A stretch of 56,396 nucleotides of DNA from Patescibacteria group bacterium (GTDB taxonomy: Bacteria > Patescibacteriota > Patescibacteriia > Patescibacteriales > UBA12465). Under the pieces are notes generated by a model. That model saw nothing but the letters and a program-made list of their open reading frames with translations, ran no database searches and was not told the DNA's origin. The stretch spans positions 17,671-74,066 of the forward strand of contig JAQWDY010000004.1 in NCBI GenBank assembly GCA_028705215.1. Direction: 5' to 3'. The translations under genes were made by a program, and so were the position numbers. Position 1 is the first letter of the stretch. Each line of letters begins with the position of its first letter. Shown here piece after piece: positions 54,230 through 56,396 of the stretch.

Positions 54230-56063
54230 CAGCTTCTTCTAGGTTAAAGAATTCTTCAATTTTTTTAGAAATATTTATTGGTGTTATTTTATTTTTTAAA
54301 TTATAATCTAGCTGTTTTCGACGTCGTCGCCCTACTTCCTTAATCGCCTTTTTCATTGAATCTGTTTTCCTGTCGGCATAAAGTATGATTTTCCCTTTCA
54401 CGTTACGAGCGGCTCGTCCCATCGTCTGCATCAGTGATGTTTCGCTGCGCAAAAATCCCTCCCTGTCAGCATCTAAAATAGCAACGAGAGTAACTTCAGG
54501 CAAATCAAGACCTTCACGCAACAGATTAACGCCAATTAAAACATCAAACTTACCAGTCCGAAAATCTTTTAATATCTCTACTCTTTCTAAAGTTTTAATA
54601 TCACTATGTAAGTAATTTGATTTTAAGCCCCTCTCTTTAAAATATGCGTGTAAGTCCTCAGCTTGTTTTTTAGTTAAGGTGTTTATAATTGACCTTTCTT
54701 TTAGCTTGCTTCTTTTTTCTACCTCAAGGGTTACATCATTTATCTGACTATAATTAGTTTTTTTATCAAACACCGGTCGAACCTCAATTTCTGGATCAAT
54801 TAAACCAGTTGGACGAATGACTTGTTCCGCAATTTGCTCAGAATATTCTTTTTCAAAATCCCCTGGGGTGGCAGTGGTAAATATTACCTGTCCAATTCTT
54901 TTCTCAAATTCAGAGAATTTAAGGGGACGATTATCCAAAGCTGAAGGCAAGCGCCAGCCATATTGTACTAGGTTCTTTTTTCTTGCTTGATCACCATTAT
55001 ACATTCCCCTTATTTGCGGCACTGTAATATGAGATTCATCAATAATGGTAAGGAAGTCAGGTTTGCCATCTTTCCAGGGGAAATAAGCGAGCAAAGAATC
55101 TGGGGCATCACCAGAAAGCTTGCCCGATAAATGACGAGAATAGTTTTCAATGCCATGGCAATAACCTAAAGATTGTAGCATTTCGATATCATAGCGAGTA
55201 CGCCGAGATAATCTTTCCGCTTCAAGAAGCAAGCCTTCTTTTTTAAAATAAGCTAATCTATCTTTTAACTCACTTTTAATATTTTTTATCGCCGCTTCAA
55301 TTTGGGGCGCATTGGAAATAAAGTGCTTGGGCGGGAAGATAATGATTTCATTTAAGTTGTCTTGTATATTTTGACTGACATTATCAAGTACTGAAATTGA
55401 CGCAATTTTTTGACCCCTTAGCTCCAAACGATAATAAATATTCTCTGACATTGGCCTTATCTCAAAAATATCACCGCGCACCCGGAACTGCCCCCTTTCT
55501 ACATTACTCTGAGACCTCTCAAATTGCATGCTAACGAGTTGTTTTATCAAATCCGACCTAACTATCATCTGTCCTTTTTCCAAGACCAGGCTAGCCGCTA
55601 AATAAGAAGTAGGAACACCAAGATTATAAATACAAGACACTGAGGCAACAATGATAACATCACGTCTTGTCATCAGGGCAGAAGTCGCCCCATGACGTAA
55701 TCTATCTATCTCCTGATTTATCATCGCTTCTTTATCAATATAGGTGTCAGTGATAGGGAGATAAGCTTCGGGTTGATAGTAGTCATAATAGGAAACAAAG
55801 TAGTGCACTGCATTTTCTGGAAAAAAGTTCTTATATTCGCGATAAAGTTGAGCGGCTAATGTTTTGTTAGGAGCAATAACCAATGTTGGTTTATTATATT
55901 GTTGTATAACATTAGCAACGCTGTAGGTTTTACCACTACCTGTTACCCCTAAAAGAGTTTGGTAGCGTAAATTAGAAGACAGGCCAGAAACTAGCTTCTT
56001 AATCGCCCCAGGCTGATCACCAGCGGGCTTGTAATTAGATTTTAACTTGAAAATACCTGACAT
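54216..56063 (-). CDS. uvrB: Excinuclease ABC subunit B, lacking the C-terminal UVR domain
   Basis: GVTGSGKT, IIDESH and helicase motifs V/VI (GINLLREGLDLPEV, QTMGRAARN). 615 aa. Overlaps uvrA by 14 nt. Confidence 0.96.
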   Translation of the reverse strand: MSGIFKLKSNYKPAGDQPGAIKKLVSGLSSNLRYQTLLGVTGSGKTYSVANVIQQYNKPTLVIAPNKTLAAQLYREYKNFFPENAVHYFVSYYDYYQPEAYLPITDTYIDKEAMINQEIDRLRHGATSALMTRRDVIIVASVSCIYNLGVPTSYLAASLVLEKGQMIVRSDLIKQLVSMQFERSQSNVERGQFRVRGDIFEIRPMSENIYYRLELRGQKIASISVLDNVSQNIQDNLNEIIIFPPKHFISNAPQIEAAIKNIKSELKDRLAYFKKEGLLLEAERLSRRTRYDIEMLQSLGYCHGIENYSRHLSGKLSGDAPDSLLAYFPWKDGKPDFLTIIDESHITVPQIRGMYNGDQARKKNLVQYGWRLPSALDNRPLKFSEFEKRIGQVIFTTATPGDFEKEYSEQIAEQVIRPTGLIDPEIEVRPVFDKKTNYSQINDVTLEVEKRSKLKERSIINTLTKKQAEDLHAYFKERGLKSNYLHSDIKTLERVEILKDFRTGKFDVLIGVNLLREGLDLPEVTLVAILDADREGFLRSETSLMQTMGRAARNVKGKIILYADRKTDSMKKAIKEVGRRRRKQLDYNLKNKITPINISKKIEEFFNLEEADEKK

Positions 56064-56138
56064 AATAAAAATTCCAAGACTTTGGTCTCTTAGGGGGCAT
56101 TACTTATAATCTTAAATTTAACTAATCTAATATATCAT

Positions 56139-56184
56139 AAAAAAGGATAAATTAAAAGAGCTTCTTCTTAATTTATCCTTTTTG
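56139..56184 (-). terminator. Perfect 16-bp hairpin upstream of uvrB and downstream of the 43-aa ORF
   Basis: AAAAAGGATAAATTAA (56140-56155) pairs with TTAATTTATCCTTTTT (56168-56183). Confidence 0.65.
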
Positions 56185-56216
56185 CTATAACTCATTGTAG
56201 TAACACAAATAATATT

Positions 56217-56348
56217 CTATCTTGCCCACACTAATATTTGACGAGAGCGCATAAAACGATTGTATTTATAACGCCAAATTCTTTGCTCTTTGGGAGACTC
56301 TTTAACAGTGATGCGAATAGCTCTTTTTTTTGAATTTAAATTAAACAT
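56217..56348 (-). CDS. Possible 43-aa highly basic micro-protein
   Basis: Hand translation gives MFNLNSKKRAIRITVKESPKEQRIWRYKYNRFMRSRQILVWAR. It is followed by a perfect 16-bp hairpin. No SD and no recognised family. Confidence 0.25.
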   Translation of the reverse strand: MFNLNSKKRAIRITVKESPKEQRIWRYKYNRFMRSRQILVWAR

Positions 56349-56396
56349 ATTTTTTTATATTAATAATTAATAATTTTTTAAATAAGTTTAAGCGGG

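Noticed and set aside
5251-54615. About 40 ORFs of 60-133 aa in the six-frame track lie inside, or antisense to, well-supported genes. Examples are 5251-5472, 5534-5890, 9713-9961, 10559-10819, 13432-13671, 15708-15999, 20791-21099, 33256-33579, 35844-36280, 42370-42717, 47638-48039, 53244-53544 and 54385-54615.
   Set aside because: Each overlaps a longer ORF with clear family motifs. Their translations are low-complexity, or rich in Ser, Leu, Phe and Ile as expected from antisense reading of AT-rich coding DNA. None has its own promoter, SD or terminator.
1-56396. Alternative genetic code (UGA recoding, as in some CPR lineages).
   Set aside because: Long family-typical ORFs are uninterrupted under the standard code, and TGA is used as a genuine stop, for example in uvrA at 51680-51682.

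Overview
This is an AT-rich, very gene-dense bacterial chromosomal segment. G+C is roughly one third by eye and was not computed. The standard genetic code applies, since TGA acts as a stop (for example in uvrA). I call about 55 protein genes. Reading both strands, I found no rRNA, tRNA, CRISPR array, IS element or prophage.

Housekeeping content:
- NUDIX, NifS and NifU genes, plus an RRM RNA-binding protein.
- secE-nusG-rplK-rplA at 3-5 kb, while rplJ-rplL sits about 45 kb away at 49-50 kb.
- rsmI-metG-cvpA-tsaC-ctpA, and rpmA.
- An 11-kb + strand operon at 12.4-23.8 kb: ferredoxin, a K/E-rich protein, a TraD/VirD4-like ATPase, dnaX, serS, a GHL/FG-GAP surface protein, a hypothetical, alr and ftsQ.
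- gltX, corA and mscS.
- A uvrB-uvrA-(gap)-uvrC block in which all three proteins are shortened.

Envelope and glycan content (25-47 kb):
- M23 peptidase, class-A beta-lactamase-like hydrolase, TagA-like transferase.
- Three GT4 glycosyltransferases, Wzz-like and O-antigen-ligase-like proteins, a methyltransferase, a DUF4012-like protein and a wHTH regulator.
- Several secreted, lipoprotein or beta-propeller proteins of unknown function.

The small proteins, trimmed repair enzymes, DUF4012/FG-GAP surface proteins and low G+C suggest a Patescibacteria/CPR (Parcubacteria-like) genome. That placement is inference only.

Most interesting observations:
1. A three-gene module at 34.0-36.3 kb. A signal-peptide beta-barrel-like protein is flanked by two proteins that share an undescribed C-terminal domain. 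The module is G+C-richer than its surroundings and is transcriptionally linked to the Wzz-like gene.
2. A membrane-anchored TraD/VirD4-like ATPase, with a K/E-rich partner and a mini-ferredoxin, at the head of a housekeeping operon.
3. An orphan + strand promoter/terminator cassette of about 190 nt between uvrA and uvrC, which is a candidate sRNA.
4. Coordinated domain loss across UvrA, UvrB and UvrC.
5. A paralogous GHL-type domain in two surface proteins.
6. A transmembrane protein with a degenerate PP2C-like domain and a beta-propeller.

All family assignments come from motif recognition in the supplied translations. No database search was run.
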